This document shows, in pieces, positions 56,748 to 64,000 of a DNA stretch of 64,000 bases. Each line of letters opens with the position of its first letter. The stretch's first letter is position 1. The stretch is from positions 5,648,113 to 5,712,112 of the forward strand of contig CAVNZM010000008.1 in NCBI GenBank assembly GCA_963693365.1. Direction: 5' to 3'. The stretch is from Amoebidium appalachense (taxonomy: Eukaryota > Protista > Ichthyosporea). The position numbers were made by a program, and so were the translations under genes. Below the pieces are notes generated by a model. That model made no database searches and was not told the origin of the DNA. It saw nothing but the letters and a program-made list of their open reading frames with translations.

Positions 56748-58955
56748 ATGGATCCAAACAAAACTGGCGTAAACAAAATCACCATGTGGAAAGGTGAAGG
56801 GAAGACTGGTCCCGATAGCAAAACCACCTATTTTCAATGGGAAATCATTTTTCTCGGCATGATGACCGGCACTAAAGGTGTCCGACTCGTGGATGTTGTA
56901 CTTGCTGACAACTACGTCCCCCCTACCACCGTCGCGGTTGACGGTGAACCCCCCTTCTATGGCTACGGCACTACTGCGGAACTCAAGGAGGCCCGCAATT
57001 GCCTCCTGCTCCATATGATACAGAACATCGACCCTTCCGTCCTCACCACCGTTGCCCAGTACCGTATTGGCATGGACCCTGAACGGGCCATGTGGAAATT
57101 CCGTCAACACTATCTCCAAGGCAAACCCGATCAGATCCGCATCCTTCACCGTCAGTGGGATGCCTGTGCCCTTCAGCCCGGTGAATCATTCACCACCTAC
57201 CTGAGCCGTCTGCAGACCATCGTGAACCAGCTCCAGTCCCTCCAAGATGAGTCCATTCACTTCACTCGTCTAGCTGAGAAGTTCTTCAATGAACTCACCA
57301 CCAGAGACTACCTCACCCCTGAGTTCAACCGTCTTATCGAAGACTATCACTTCGGTGATAAGCTATTCCCCGACTTCGAGTCCCTCCACAACCACGTCAA
57401 GGGCATCGAGTTACGTCAAGACCTCAAGATGCAACTCCGGAGCAACCGTGCCCACCGTGCTTCCAAGTCCAGCATGGCATTAAATGCCAGTGCTCCCCCC
57501 CCGTGATCTTCCTCGCCGTGACTTACGCAACCGACTTGACCGTACCCCTGGTACGGACCTCCGAACTCGTCTCTCCCGTCAGCACACCCGATCCCGTTCC
57601 CCCCACCGGCCTGCCTTCCGGTCCACGTCTCGTTCCCCCAGTCGTTCCCGTTTCTCGGGTTCCCGTCGTTCTGATTCCCCGGCTCGTTCTAACACCCCGT
57701 CCGTGAAAGAATGCTCCTACTGCCACGAGCCTGATCACACGATCATCGATTGCCCTGAGCCGAAATGCCGTATGTCCAGACACAACCGTTCCCGTCAAGG
57801 CAGTGAGAAATCTGTCTCCTTTGCTTTCTCGGCATACAATGCTAGCTCCGTCCCCGTGTCCTCCGACCCTGCCTGGGATTCCGGGTGCAACATGACTGTC
57901 TGCCCCACCCGTGAGTTCTTCCATGACCTCACTCCCCTTCCGACACCGACTCCCGTTGCTGCCTTCAATGGCACCCCCGTCTTGGCCACTCACACCGGCC
58001 ATATCGTCATCAACACCACCACCGACCATGGCACTGCCACCCTTACCATTGAAGCCTACTACACCCCGTCTGGCCAAGCCTTCCTCATTTCAACATCCCA
58101 AGCTGCTGCCGAATACATCAAGGGTGATTTGAACGATGCCTCCACTCCGTCATTCCTCTTCGACCGACTCACCGGCCGTCATCTCGTCAACCTCCGTCTA
58201 CACAACGGTCTGTATTACTTCAAGGACTACACCATTCAACCACCCACTCGTCCTGTGGCTCTGGCTGCCACTACCAGTGTTCACCCATCCATCTGGCACC
58301 ATCGTCTGGGACAACGTGCTATGACCAGCATCAAGGACATGGTGAAACACGACCTTGTTATTGGTCTCCCCTCCTCTGTCCTCGACTGTGATGTTCCTGA
58401 TTGTCATGGCTGCATTATGGGTAAAACCACCAAGGCTCCGTTCAAGGGTGACCGTCCTCACTCCAACATCCCCGGTCATGAATGGCATTGGGATTTTTTT
58501 GAGCCTACCACAACATCGTACGGAGGTTCCAAGGTTGCTCTCGTTACTGTCTGCCGTGCCTCTGGACTCGTCAAGATCTACCCGATGGCCGACCGTACCA
58601 CCACCCTGGACATTCTCACAGCTCACACCAACCTCGTTGCCACCCATGCCCCCTCCAAAGTTGGTGTCTACCACTTCGACTCCGGCTCTGAGTTCACCTC
58701 CAAGGCTACCCGTACTTTTTGCCTCTCCCAGGGCATCAAGGCCAGCTATGCTCCGGTGGACTGCCCTCAACTGAACGGCTATGTTGAACGTCGTATGCGG
58801 TTCCTCCAAGAGATTGTCCGTTGCCTCCTCCATCAAGTCCAAGATCAGTCTCTGTCCCCCAAACTGTGGGCTGAGGCCCTCCAACATGCCGCCTACATCA
58901 TCAACGTCACCCCGTCCACGACTGCCAATGGTCGTACACCATTCGAGGTTTTCTA
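56748..58955 (+). pseudogene. Ty1/copia gag-protease-integrase, truncated before RT/RNase H
   Basis: Gag MDPNK...LQPGESFTTYLSRLQTIVNQL. +1 frameshift in a C8 run (57495-57502). Then CCHC knuckle CSYCHEPDHTIIDC, protease WDSGC, GAG-pre-integrase GLYY...WHHRLG..CHGC, and integrase D-D-E (HWDFF, HFDSGSEF, NGYVERR). Cut at TA 58954-58955 by a DNA transposon. Confidence 0.95.
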
Positions 58956-63192
<4,237 letters not shown>

Positions 63193-63999
63193 TACTTGTA
63201 ATCGTGTTGTGTCGGCTATATTCGTGTGTTTAGATATCGATTACAGCAACTGATTATAGGTACACGAGTCTACCCAGTGAGGGAGAAACGTGTACATGTT
63301 ATGTGTACATGAATATCTTCGGTTATAACTGTGTTTTCATGTTCGTGTTTTCTGTCCTGCTTTCTTTTCTTTTTTCTCTTTCTTCTTCTTTCTTTTCTCT
63401 TTCTTTCTTCTCTTGTTTCCTTTCACATAATTATATTTCTCTCTCACTAATATACGTTGAGTAGATTTATATTACTCGTTATGTTTTGATTGGTAGAAAA
63501 ACACTTAGGTTACACTTTAGCTTGTCAGGTATGATTCATAGCTTAGTCAACCACTTTTGTTTTGTGTGTTGCCGTACTATATCCAATCAGTGGACTTAGT
63601 CAGAAAATGTCTGAGTCTTTGTAGCCGATGATAGGTTAGAAACATCACCTCTTTCCTCGTTACTCTTCACCTCTTTTCTTTCTTATAGCTGTGACCTATG
63701 GTGTGCGTTCCTGTGTCTCCGGATCTATCCGGGAAATAATCAGTTAATTGTGATTGGTTATTTTAGACATAGATCTGATTTCCGACTGGTCGGAAATCAC
63801 GTATGGATTTAACTTAAGGGAATTTCAGGTATTTATTAGCGATCAAAAAATAAATTGAGTTCAGTCGTGTCTAAACATTGATGTCTGTTGTGTACACTTC
63901 TCCGATCGCTCCGTGTTTTGTTGTTGTGTGTGTCTGTGGTGTTTTCACACTGCACCACTGTGTCTCTGCTTACATCCCAAATACTTATACAATTTAACA
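63193..63999 (+). mobile_element. Second copia LTR, 5'-truncated by the pogo element
   Basis: Homologous to 55885-56685 and ends TTAACA at 63999. Followed by A rather than GG, so it is a 3' or solo LTR. Confidence 0.88.
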
Positions 64000-64000
64000 A

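Noticed and set aside
57484-57506. Programmed +1 gag-pol frameshift in the copia element
   Set aside because: The shift is in a C8 run upstream of the Gag CCHC knuckle, so the shorter product would lack nucleocapsid. A 1-bp indel or sequencing error is more likely.

Overview
Intron-rich eukaryotic genomic DNA, saturated with (CA)n/(GT)n, (GA)n and poly-C/poly-G tracts, so most ORF-track entries are microsatellite artefacts. I spliced the genes by hand on GT-AG boundaries. Host genes: the 5' end of a secreted Pro/Ala-rich protein (1-230, -); a 21-exon PDZD8-like lipid-transfer protein (TM-SMP-C2-C1-coiled coil, no PDZ; 4818-24361, +); a complete 10-exon Rab GDI (27548-36260, -); an atypical 3-exon bZIP factor (39827-43227, -); and mitochondrial ATP synthase subunit d (48696-51843, -). 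Mobile elements: a 39-bp hAT-type MITE with an 8-bp TSD, a diverged MITE pair, a 5'-truncated LINE with TSD, a 3.1-kb hAT deletion derivative with TIRs and TSD, a Gypsy remnant, a probable Helitron, and a Ty1/copia element. The copia integrase is cut by a 4.2-kb pogo-family DNA transposon whose spliced transposase carries an N-terminal zinc finger and a C-terminal Tudor-like domain. Most notable: that transposase architecture; an intronic repeat family always sense to its host gene, including a branch-point module shared by two GDI introns; (CA)n-built 3' splice sites; and an 85-bp intronic RNA duplex. Gene content and intron positions suggest an opisthokont, possibly a unicellular holozoan (inference only). 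Homopolymer lengths may be unreliable. Comparisons to known proteins are from memory, not database searches.
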